Of a stretch of DNA of 41,780 bases, positions 9,346 through 17,291 are shown piece by piece; the stretch's first letter is position 1; each line of letters starts with the position of its first letter. The position numbers were made by a program, and so were the translations under genes. Location: assembly GCA_040508515.1 (NCBI GenBank), contig JBEVMS010000281.1:1-41780 (forward strand), read 5' to 3'. Origin of the DNA: Dyella sp. (GTDB lineage: Bacteria > Pseudomonadota > Gammaproteobacteria > Xanthomonadales > Rhodanobacteraceae). Below the pieces are notes generated by a model. That model did not search any database. It saw only the letters and a list, made by a program, of their open reading frames with translations, and was not told where the DNA came from.

Positions 9346-10950
9346 ATGACCGCCAAGGCTCCTTCGTCGATTAGCACGTCCTGGTTGGCGTGGTCGGTAC
9401 TTATCCTGGTGGCGTTGGCCGGAGCCTGGTGGTGGTGGCAAATTGGTCGCCCGGTCGATTTGCCCGAGGCGCCCTCGGCACGGATCGCCTGCGTGTCCTA
9501 CGCGCCGTTCCGCCGACCCGGCGAAACGCCCTACGATCTCAAGGCGTTTATCAGCCCGCAGCGGATCGATGAGGATTTGCGCGCACTTTCGCAGCGTTTT
9601 GATTGCGTGCGCACGTACTCGCAAGGCCAGGGACTGGACGCGGTGCCGGCGATCGCCGGACGCTACGGCATGAAAGTCCTGATGGGCATCTGGCTGGGTT
9701 CCGATCCCAAGGCCAACGCGCGCGAAGTCGCGCTGGGAATCGCCAGCGCCAAGGCGCATCCGCAGGTGCTGCGCGGCGTGGTGGTGGGCAACGAAGTATT
9801 GCTGCGCACCGATCTGTCGCCAGCGGCGCTGGCCGGCTACCTGCAGCAGGTGCGCGCGGCGGTGCCGCGGCAGGTGCCGATCACCTACGCCGACGTGTGG
9901 GAGTTTTGGCTGCGCTATCCGCAGATGGCCAAGTATGCTGATTTCATCACCATCCACATCCTGCCGTATTGGGAAGACGCGCCGGTGCCGCCGGAGCATG
10001 CGATCGAACACCTGGCCGGGGTCTACGCCAAGCTGCAGCAGGCGTTTCCCGGCAAGCAGGTGATGATCGGCGAAACCGGCTGGCCCAGTGCGGGCCGCCC
10101 GCGTCGGGCCGCCCGCGCCAGTGTGGTCAACGAAGCGCGCTACCTGCGCGAATTTCTTCGCTACGCGGCCACCGTCAACATGCCCTACAACGTGATCGAG
10201 GCCTTCGATCAGCCCTGGAAGCGCGCGCAGGAAGGCACCGTGGGTGGCTACTGGGGCATCTTCGATGTCGACGCGCGGGCCAAGTTTCCGATGCGCGGGC
10301 CGGTGGTGGAGGAACCGCGCTGGGCCGACGGCTGGCTGGCCGGCGCGCTGGGTGTGGCCTTGTTCGTCGGAGCTGGCCTATGGCGTCGGCGCTGGCAAGG
10401 CTTGCGCGGCCTGGGCGTGCTGAGTTTGAGCGGTTTTGCCAGCGGCACCGCACTGGCCTGGCAATATCGCCAGATGTTCTACGCCTGCGGCCCGCTATGG
10501 GAGTGGATGGTGTCGATCGCCTGCTGCGTGCTGGCCCTGTTGACGGCGTTGCACGTGAGTCAGTTGCTGGCAGCGCGGCTCAGCGGCGGGGAACCTGGCC
10601 GCGCGCCCTCGCGCTGGTGGCGTTTCGGCTGGATGCTGGTGCTGACCTACTACGATTTGCTGATGGTGTTCGACGGGCGCTACCGTGACTTTCCACTGGG
10701 GCTGTTCGCCTTGCCTTGCCTGGGCTTTGCGCTGGCCGGCAGCATGGGCAGTCGCGGCACGGGCAAGCCGATGCTGGAAGAACGCTTTCTGGCGTTCTGG
10801 ATGCCGGCCCTGGCGGCGGTGGTGGTGATCATGGAACTGGGCCTGGATGCCAGCACCTGGCTATGGCTGGCGCTGAACCTGGCCTTGGCGCTGCCGGTGC
10901 TACGCGGCTGGCTGAGCGCCAGAGAGCCGGTTGGCCTGGCTGCGCAGTAG
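9346..10950 (+). CDS. Glycoside hydrolase family 17 domain (beta-1,3-glucanase/glucosyltransferase, NdvC-like) fused to a C-terminal multi-TM domain
   Basis: N-terminal signal-anchor. Both GH17 catalytic Glu motifs are present: VVVGNEVLL (acid/base) and IGETGWPSAG (nucleophile). About 200 aa of hydrophobic helices follow. Confidence 0.8.
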   Translation: MTAKAPSSISTSWLAWSVLILVALAGAWWWWQIGRPVDLPEAPSARIACVSYAPFRRPGETPYDLKAFISPQRIDEDLRALSQRFDCVRTYSQGQGLDAVPAIAGRYGMKVLMGIWLGSDPKANAREVALGIASAKAHPQVLRGVVVGNEVLLRTDLSPAALAGYLQQVRAAVPRQVPITYADVWEFWLRYPQMAKYADFITIHILPYWEDAPVPPEHAIEHLAGVYAKLQQAFPGKQVMIGETGWPSAGRPRRAARASVVNEARYLREFLRYAATVNMPYNVIEAFDQPWKRAQEGTVGGYWGIFDVDARAKFPMRGPVVEEPRWADGWLAGALGVALFVGAGLWRRRWQGLRGLGVLSLSGFASGTALAWQYRQMFYACGPLWEWMVSIACCVLALLTALHVSQLLAARLSGGEPGRAPSRWWRFGWMLVLTYYDLLMVFDGRYRDFPLGLFALPCLGFALAGSMGSRGTGKPMLEERFLAFWMPALAAVVVIMELGLDASTWLWLALNLALALPVLRGWLSAREPVGLAAQ

Positions 10951-11286
10951 CAGCAGGCTGCCGAACAGCAAGGCCAGCGCGCCGGCCTGGTAACAGAACA
11001 GTTCCACCGCCACAAATCCCAGCGCCGCCGCCAGCCAAGATGGCAGCGGCTTGCGCCGCCATAGCGCCAATGCGGTGGCCAGCAGCGCGGCGTACCCGTA
11101 GCCGTTGTTGAGAAAGCCAAGCACCAGCGCCTGGCGCAACGCACACCAGCTTGGCGGATTGCTGGCCGTGCAGAGATCGACCAGTTCGCGCGGCTCGATA
11201 AAGCCATAGCGCAGCGCGGCGCTGGCCAGCCCGACCAAGGCCAGCAGCAGCCAGGGCATGGCCAGGGGAAGGGTACGGTTGTTCAT
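10900..11286 (-). CDS. Small (128 aa) multi-TM membrane protein of unknown function
   Basis: Internal ATG 11286 (MNNRTLPLAMPWLLLALVG...) forms an ATGA overlap with the stop of the upstream EEP gene. The protein is hydrophobic throughout. Its 3' end overlaps the convergent GH17 gene by 51 nt. Confidence 0.6.
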   Translation of the reverse strand: MNNRTLPLAMPWLLLALVGLASAALRYGFIEPRELVDLCTASNPPSWCALRQALVLGFLNNGYGYAALLATALALWRRKPLPSWLAAALGFVAVELFCYQAGALALLFGSLLLLRSQANRLSGAQPAA

Positions 11287-12092
11287 CGATCGATTCGCAG
11301 TGGGTGAGGGGTGGCATGCGCCGGCAGGCGAATTTCCGCGGCCAGCGGCAAGTGATCGGAGAAAGCCTGCGGCAACGTCCAGACTTTTTCCAGCACGATG
11401 CCCGGCGAGGTCAGGATATGGTCCAGCGCCCGGCGCGGCTTCCAACTGGGGAATGTCGGCGTCGATTGCGCGGGCGGCTGCAAGCTGCTGCGCGCGAACA
11501 GGTGCCGCAGCTCAGCGCTGTTGGCGTCGGCGTTGAGGTCACCCATCAGCACCGCGTGCGGGTAGTCGGACAGCAGCTCGGCGATCATGCCCAATTGGCG
11601 GGTGCGCGCCGGCGCGCTCAGCGAGAGGTGGGCGATCATCACCGCCAGCGCGTCGTTGCCTTCACCGAAGCGCGCGAGCATCGCGCCGCGCCCCGGAATG
11701 CGGCTGGGCAGCGGAAAATCCAGTACCTCGCTGGGCTCGATGCGGCTGATCAGGCCATTCGCCGAGTGCGCCAGCCGGGCCATCGGCCGATTGGGTTGGT
11801 GGCTCCAGAACGGCATCCCGGCCGCCTCGGCCAAGTAACGGGTCTGGTTGAGAAAGCCCGAGCGCAGGCTGCCGGCGTCGGCCTCTTGCAGGCCCACCAC
11901 ATCGAACTGCGGCAACAGTTCGGCGAGCCGATCCAGGTTGTCTAGCTTGCCGCGGCCGGGCAGCACCGCGCTCAGGCTGCGCGTGACGTATTCGCTGTAG
12001 CGCTGCACGCTGGCGCCGGCGAGGATGTTGCAGCTGAGCAGCCGCAAACGACGGGTGGCGAGCTGAGCGGTGGCGACTGCGGGATGGCTCAT
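11283..12092 (-). CDS. Endonuclease/exonuclease/phosphatase (EEP) family protein
   Basis: LLSCNILAG near the N-terminus, VVGLQEAD, MGDLNA, and SDHLPL at the C-terminus form the typical EEP motif series. Confidence 0.85.
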   Translation of the reverse strand: MSHPAVATAQLATRRLRLLSCNILAGASVQRYSEYVTRSLSAVLPGRGKLDNLDRLAELLPQFDVVGLQEADAGSLRSGFLNQTRYLAEAAGMPFWSHQPNRPMARLAHSANGLISRIEPSEVLDFPLPSRIPGRGAMLARFGEGNDALAVMIAHLSLSAPARTRQLGMIAELLSDYPHAVLMGDLNADANSAELRHLFARSSLQPPAQSTPTFPSWKPRRALDHILTSPGIVLEKVWTLPQAFSDHLPLAAEIRLPAHATPHPLRIDR

Positions 12093-12135
12093 CGAGGCGA
12101 AATCATCAGGCGTCCCAAGCGGGTCGTGATCTCCC

Positions 12136-12160
12136 GCAGGCCGGCAGCATGCCGGCCTGC
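12136..12160 (-). terminator. Perfect 11-bp stem hairpin (GCAGGCCGGCA-GCA-TGCCGGCCTGC) 45 nt downstream of dsbA; no U-tract
   Basis: The inverted repeat was read directly from the sequence. Confidence 0.4.
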
Positions 12161-12204
12161 ACGTGAACGCGAAGCGAGTCGCCTGGGAGCGCCGTTGGCA
12201 CGGA

Positions 12205-12858
12205 CTACTTGGCGGTTGCCAGATCGCGCTTGGCCAGCCACAGCGTCATGGCCGAGAGCTGATCCAGCGATTGCACGGCGCCGCTGCGGTACTTGCCATC
12301 GACCACGATGGTCGGGGTGCCCTCGACGCCCCACTTCTGCACCAGCGCACTGTCGCGCCTGATCTGCGCGGTAACTTCGTCGGAGCTGGCAATCTTCAGG
12401 AACTGCGCGCGGTTGACACCTTCGCGGGCGTAGAAATCGGCCAGCTCATCGAGCGTGTTGATCGGATAGTGGTCGTCGAACTTGGCCTTGAACAGCGCCA
12501 GATGGATCTTGTCGGCGACACCCAACTGCTTGGCCGCGTAGTAGGCGCGGGCAAATGGCAGCCACTCGTCGTTGAAAGCGGCTGGCACCAGCTTGAACAC
12601 CACCCCGGGCGGCAACTGCTTGCGCAACTGCTCGACGGTGGGTGCGAAATGCGCGCAGTGAATGCAGCCGTAGGAAAACACCTCGACCACTTCGACTTTG
12701 CCCTCGGCACTGTAACGCTGCTGCTGGGCGGCGGGCAGGGTGACGTATTCGCTGCCATCGGTATACGGCGCGCTGGTGCTCTGCGCGATGCAGGCGGTGG
12801 CCAGCAACAGGCCGCCGAGCAGGGTGATGAGGCGCAGCGAGCTAAAACGCTTGAACAT
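12205..12858 (-). CDS. dsbA: Periplasmic thiol:disulfide oxidoreductase DsbA
   Basis: Signal peptide and the FSYGCIHCAHF active-site CxxC motif in a DsbA-length (217 aa) protein. Confidence 0.9.
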   Translation of the reverse strand: MFKRFSSLRLITLLGGLLLATACIAQSTSAPYTDGSEYVTLPAAQQQRYSAEGKVEVVEVFSYGCIHCAHFAPTVEQLRKQLPPGVVFKLVPAAFNDEWLPFARAYYAAKQLGVADKIHLALFKAKFDDHYPINTLDELADFYAREGVNRAQFLKIASSDEVTAQIRRDSALVQKWGVEGTPTIVVDGKYRSGAVQSLDQLSAMTLWLAKRDLATAK

Positions 12859-12964
12859 GCAATGATCTCCGTGTGGCGACCGGCGCGGCGTCGACGCCGT
12901 TGCCTGTCGCCCTTGAACGACGCCACCACGCAGCGTGGCAGCGCATCGACTTACTCGGGTCCGG

Positions 12965-13855
12965 CTACTTGCCGGCCGCCTCCTTGGCCACCAGGTATTT
13001 GGTCAGTGCTACCGTTTGATCGTAGCCGCCGGCGCTGCCGACGTCGAAGCGGTATTTGCCGTCGATCACCATGGTGGGCGTGCCTTCGACACCGTAAGCC
13101 TTCACCAGTTCATCGGCGCGCTTCATCTTGGTGTTGATCGCGAACGAATTGGCGACGCCCTCGAAGGTTTTCGCATCGATGCCGTACTTGGCGTAGAACT
13201 TGGCCATCGCATCCAGGCCCGGCAGCGCATCGGACGGCTTGGGGCGACCGGTGCGCGGGTCCATTGCGCTCAACTCGCCGCTGACCCAGATCGCGTCGTA
13301 CATCGCGTCGTGGCTCTTGTCGGCCACGCCGAGGGTCTGCGCGGTCAGGTAGGCGCGCTGCAGCATGGGCCAGTTCTCAGCCGCCATGAACGAGGCGGGC
13401 AGATAGACCATCACCGCGTCGGCGGGCAATTGCTGGGCGATCTTGTCGGCGGTGGTGTGGAAGGCGTTGCAGGCCGGGCAGCCGTAGGAGAACACCTCGG
13501 TGACCTCGATCTTGCCCGGGTGGCTGGTCGGCTGCTGCGGCTGGATCAGGAAATAATTCTTGCCTTCGACCCACGTGGGGTCTTCGGCAAAGGTGCTCGC
13601 CGTGGCGGCCCCGGCAGTGCTGGCTGAGGCCGGGGACGGTGTGCTGCTGGCGCCGGCAGTGCTGTCTGCGGCCGGTGCGCTGCTCTGTGCCGTGGCGGGC
13701 GCCGATGCGGCCGCTGCCGGCGCGCTGACCGGGGCCGCTGGTACGGCGGCGGTGGCTGGTGTGGCAGGTTGCACGGAGGCGGCGTTATCACCGTTATGGC
13801 TGCAGGCGGCAAGCACCAGCAGGGTGGCACACAGGAACGGCAAACGCTTCAACAT
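12965..13855 (-). CDS. DsbA-family thiol:disulfide oxidoreductase, lipoprotein form with a long Ala/Pro/Ser-rich linker
   Basis: Lipobox LVLAACS, about 85 aa of low complexity, then a DsbA fold with FSYGCPACNAF. ATG 13855 is preceded by GAGG; the listed 13867 start is TTG. Confidence 0.85.
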   Translation of the reverse strand: MLKRLPFLCATLLVLAACSHNGDNAASVQPATPATAAVPAAPVSAPAAAASAPATAQSSAPAADSTAGASSTPSPASASTAGAATASTFAEDPTWVEGKNYFLIQPQQPTSHPGKIEVTEVFSYGCPACNAFHTTADKIAQQLPADAVMVYLPASFMAAENWPMLQRAYLTAQTLGVADKSHDAMYDAIWVSGELSAMDPRTGRPKPSDALPGLDAMAKFYAKYGIDAKTFEGVANSFAINTKMKRADELVKAYGVEGTPTMVIDGKYRFDVGSAGGYDQTVALTKYLVAKEAAGK

Positions 13856-13894
13856 GACTGACCTCAAAATGGATACGACGAAAACACCCGCCGC

Positions 13895-14626
13895 TCAGGG
13901 CGCGCTGGCGGTAGGATAAGATGCGGCTGGCGCGACGCTGTGCAAGCCCTCGATGTAATTGGCGACCGCGGCGATTTCCTGCGCGTCCAGCTTGGCGGCG
14001 ATCGACTGCATGAGCTTGACCGTGGCAACCGGACTGGTCGTCGGCGCCTGCCAGGCTTTCAGCCTTGCCTCAATGTACGTGGCATGTTGACCGGTCAGTT
14101 GCGGATACAACGCGCCCGGATTGCCGCGACCGTCGATGCTGTGGCAGGCCATGCAGGCCGGCACGCCGCGCGCGCTGTCGCCTTGACGGTAGAGCCGCTC
14201 GCCGGCGGCGACCAGCGCTTCGTCGGCCACGCCGGGCCGTGATGTCTTACCGGCGTAGTAGGCGCCGATATCCAGCATGTCCTGCTCGGTCAGCGGCGCG
14301 GCAAAGCCGATCATGATCGGATTGACCCGCTTGGCGCTTTTGAAGCTGGCCAACTGATGCGCGATATAACCCTCGCTCTGGCCGGCCAGTTTGGGATATT
14401 GCGGATCGGTGCTGTTGCCGTCGGCGCCGTGGCAGGCGCCGCAGACGGCGGCCTTGGCCTGGCCGGCCGTGGCGTCGCCGGGCTTGAGCGACGCCGCGGT
14501 CACGCCCGCATTGACGTTGCCAGAGGCCTTCAATGGGGCCAGTGGGTCGGCTTGTTTGGCCTCCTGCGCCATGGTGGTGCCGACGCAAAGCGCGAGAGCG
14601 AGGGCTATGACCGGCCGAAAACTCAT
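13895..14626 (-). CDS. Dihaem cytochrome c4
   Basis: Two CxxCH motifs (CGACH, CMACH) and a signal peptide from internal ATG 14626, which is preceded by GGAGA. Divergent from engB, as in many gammaproteobacteria. Confidence 0.9.
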   Translation of the reverse strand: MSFRPVIALALALCVGTTMAQEAKQADPLAPLKASGNVNAGVTAASLKPGDATAGQAKAAVCGACHGADGNSTDPQYPKLAGQSEGYIAHQLASFKSAKRVNPIMIGFAAPLTEQDMLDIGAYYAGKTSRPGVADEALVAAGERLYRQGDSARGVPACMACHSIDGRGNPGALYPQLTGQHATYIEARLKAWQAPTTSPVATVKLMQSIAAKLDAQEIAAVANYIEGLHSVAPAASYPTASAP

Positions 14627-14740
14627 ACACTTGTCTCCAAAGTGCTGCGCCAAACTACCGGAATCATCGCACTACGGCCTGCGCTAGGCAGGAATCTTAA
14701 GAATTATCTCCGTGCCACTCTAACCGGTCAAACCATCTTC

Positions 14741-15358
14741 ATGTCGTCCAATCCGCTTCAAGGCGCACAGTTCATACTGGCGGCCCATCGCATCAGCCAG
14801 CTGCCTACCGACGAGGGCGCCGAAGTGGCGTTCGCCGGGCGTTCCAATGCCGGCAAATCCAGTGCGCTCAACGCGCTGACCGGTCATCGCGGACTGGCGC
14901 GCACCTCCAAGACGCCCGGTCGCACGCAGCAGATGGTCGCCTTCAGCCTACCCATTTCCAGCGAGCTGCGGCTGATCGATCTGCCCGGTTACGGCTACGC
15001 CAAAGTTCCCGTGGAAATGCGCGAGCACTGGAAGCTGGAAATCGATGCCTACCTCAAGCAGCGCAAGAGCCTGCGCGGGGTGATCCTGATCGCCGATATC
15101 CGCCATCCGCTCAAAGAGTTCGACCGGATGATGCTGGAGTTTTGCTTTCACACCCATCTGCCCTGCCATCTCTTGCTGACCAAGGCGGACAAGCTCTCGC
15201 GCGGGCAAGCGACGCAGGCGTTGGCGGCGATGCGCAAGCAGTTCGCCGGCGAGGGCTTGCAGGCGACCGTGCAGGTGTTTTCCTCCAGTGCGCCCACCGG
15301 CGTGGACGAAGCGCGCGCCAAGGTAATGGAACTGCTAGCGCGCGAACGCGACGTCTGA
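14741..15358 (+). CDS. engB: Ribosome-biogenesis GTPase YihA/EngB
   Basis: G1 GRSNAGKSS, G3 DLPGYG, G4 TKADK. The start is set at the internal ATG giving MSSNPLQGAQF. The listed 14357 start is an antisense extension over the cytochrome c4 gene. Confidence 0.92.
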   Translation: MSSNPLQGAQFILAAHRISQLPTDEGAEVAFAGRSNAGKSSALNALTGHRGLARTSKTPGRTQQMVAFSLPISSELRLIDLPGYGYAKVPVEMREHWKLEIDAYLKQRKSLRGVILIADIRHPLKEFDRMMLEFCFHTHLPCHLLLTKADKLSRGQATQALAAMRKQFAGEGLQATVQVFSSSAPTGVDEARAKVMELLARERDV

Positions 15359-15438
15359 CCGCGCCGATCCGCTCGCGCCCATCCGCGCCTGGGCGCGGCG
15401 CCGGCCATGATCGGGAAGCGCGGCGCGGGTTGGCGTGC

Positions 15439-15933
15439 TCAGCGCGTTTGCAGCGAGGCCATGAACACCGCGCACAGCGCCTCCATGCCGGCCTGGTCGT
15501 CGGCGTCGAAGCGCGCGGTCAGCGGGCTATCCACATCCCATACGCCGAACAGGCTGCCGTCGGCGTTGATCAGCGGCACCACGATTTCCGAATTGCTGGC
15601 CGCGTCGCAGGCGATGTGGCCGTCGAAGGCGTGTACGTCTTCGATCAACTGGGTCTGCCGGGTCTGCGCGGCGGTGCCGCAGACGCCGCGGCCCAGGGCG
15701 ATGCGGATGCACGCTGGCTTGCCCTGGAATGGGCCGACCACCAGCTCCTCGCCGTCGTAGAGGTAGAAGCCGGCCCAGTTGAGGTCGGGCAGGCTGTGAT
15801 AAACGAGGGCTGCGAAGTTGGCCGCGTTGGCGATCATGCTGCGCTCGCCTTGCAGCATCCCGCGCGCCTGCTCGGCCAGTTGCTGGTAATGCTCGCGCTT
15901 GTTGGCGGCGGCGTTGGTGCTGATCTCGAACAT
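15439..15933 (-). CDS. msrC: GAF-domain protein, free methionine-(R)-sulfoxide reductase-like (YebR/MsrC family)
   Basis: 164-aa single GAF domain with GKPACIRIALGRGVCGTAA and IACDAASNSEIVVPL motifs. Confidence 0.8.
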   Translation of the reverse strand: MFEISTNAAANKREHYQQLAEQARGMLQGERSMIANAANFAALVYHSLPDLNWAGFYLYDGEELVVGPFQGKPACIRIALGRGVCGTAAQTRQTQLIEDVHAFDGHIACDAASNSEIVVPLINADGSLFGVWDVDSPLTARFDADDQAGMEALCAVFMASLQTR

Positions 15934-16054
15934 GGCGTGCTATTCCGCAAAAAGGCGATCGCCGTATTATGGACCGCCCAGCCGTGCCGCACACTTCGAT
16001 GACGCCATTCCTTTCCCCCGCGCTTGCGCTTGCGTCGCCATCGGTCGCCAAGCG

Positions 16055-16738
16055 ATGAGCAAGCCTGCGGTGTTCATCGCCGGCACCGATACCGGCATCG
16101 GCAAAACCCACGTGGCCTGCACCTTGCTGCATGCGCTGCGTCAGAGCGGGCAACGCGCCTGCGGCATGAAGCCGGTGGCCAGCGGCAGCGTGGCGACGCC
16201 CCAAGGACTGCGCAACGACGATGCGCTGGCGCTGCAAGCGGCCAGCGGATCGCCGACGCCGCGCTATGAGCAGGTCAATCCACTGGCGTTGAGCGAGCCG
16301 TTGTCGCCTCATCTGGCCGCCGCGCACGCCGGCGTGGTGATCAGCCTGGCTCCTTTGCACGCGGCTTACCAGCAACTGCGCGACGATTACCAGAAGGTCG
16401 TCGTTGAAGGCGTCGGCGGCTGGATGGTGCCGCTGGCGGAGGGGTTGTCGGCGGCGGATATCGCGCGGCAATGGCAGTTGCCGGTGATCCTGGTGGTGGG
16501 CTTGAAACTGGGCTGCCTCAATCATGCGCAATTGACCGCGCGGGCGATCCAAGCCGACGGCTGCCGGTTGGTGGGCTGGATCGGCAATCGGATCGATCCG
16601 CAGATGGCCGCGGTGGAGGAAAACATCGCCAGCCTCAACGCCTTGTTACCGGCTCCTTGTCTGGGCATTTTGCCGTACGGTGTGGCGCCCCCCCTGGCTG
16701 CTGGCGAGCTGGCTGACGCGCTGTCGGCCTTGGCTTGA
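16055..16738 (+). CDS. bioD: Dethiobiotin synthetase
   Basis: MSKPAVFIAGTDTGIGKT P-loop N-terminus and a later EGVGGW motif. The internal ATG 16055 was chosen. Confidence 0.9.
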   Translation: MSKPAVFIAGTDTGIGKTHVACTLLHALRQSGQRACGMKPVASGSVATPQGLRNDDALALQAASGSPTPRYEQVNPLALSEPLSPHLAAAHAGVVISLAPLHAAYQQLRDDYQKVVVEGVGGWMVPLAEGLSAADIARQWQLPVILVVGLKLGCLNHAQLTARAIQADGCRLVGWIGNRIDPQMAAVEENIASLNALLPAPCLGILPYGVAPPLAAGELADALSALA

Positions 16739-16814
16739 CGCCTCGATATGACGCGCAGCAGGTGCCAGCGTGGGGCGCCGCGGCGATAATGGGAACCTAT
16801 CCTGGGGAATTGCC

Positions 16815-17162
16815 ATGAGCCGCAATCAGTACTTTCTTTCCATCGATGACCTGGCAAACGCCCGCGGCGCCGAGCCCAAGCTGGCTTACGATGGCGCCGG
16901 TCCCAACGATTTCGCTGCCGCGCTGGAGGAAGCCTTGCGCTATCCGGGTTTGTTTCAGCGCTGGCGGGCGCTGCAGGTGGATCCGGAGCAAGTCGACCCC
17001 GCGCTGGGCGCGACCGATCCGCACGTGAGCGCGCGCGCGGCGGTGGCCGATCAGCGCATCGACGTCACCCTGACCACTGCTCTGCCGATGAGCATCGTGC
17101 GTCATCGCTTGAATCTGCTGATAGGGCCGAACTGGCAGTTGCGCGACATGCGTGCGGCTTGA
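16815..17162 (+). CDS. Hypothetical protein (115 aa); no family recognised
   Basis: The frame has genome-like codon bias. ATG 16815 is preceded by GGGGAA. No recognisable motifs. Confidence 0.5.
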   Translation: MSRNQYFLSIDDLANARGAEPKLAYDGAGPNDFAAALEEALRYPGLFQRWRALQVDPEQVDPALGATDPHVSARAAVADQRIDVTLTTALPMSIVRHRLNLLIGPNWQLRDMRAA

Positions 17163-17291
17163 GCCGCGCTGCGCTGCGCCTGTGATAACCCTTGGCGAGG
17201 CTATCGACGGCGGTTACAGTGATCCTTTGGGTTTCACGTTGCAGTGCCGGTTCGCCGGCGCTCCTTAAGTCAAAGGTGGGGGAACTTTACG

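Noticed and set aside
14357-14740. Upstream extensions of several ORFs to the first in-frame start: engB 14357, bioD 15899, MFP 35554, OMF 36767, LtaS-like 5290, cca 6627, dcp 17244, ung 28319, ndh 40985, cyt c4 14653, small membrane protein 11445.
   Set aside because: The extensions are non-protein-like or overlap the neighbouring gene. Internal starts give canonical N-termini (signal peptides, lipoboxes, P-loops) and often have an SD or a stop-start overlap.
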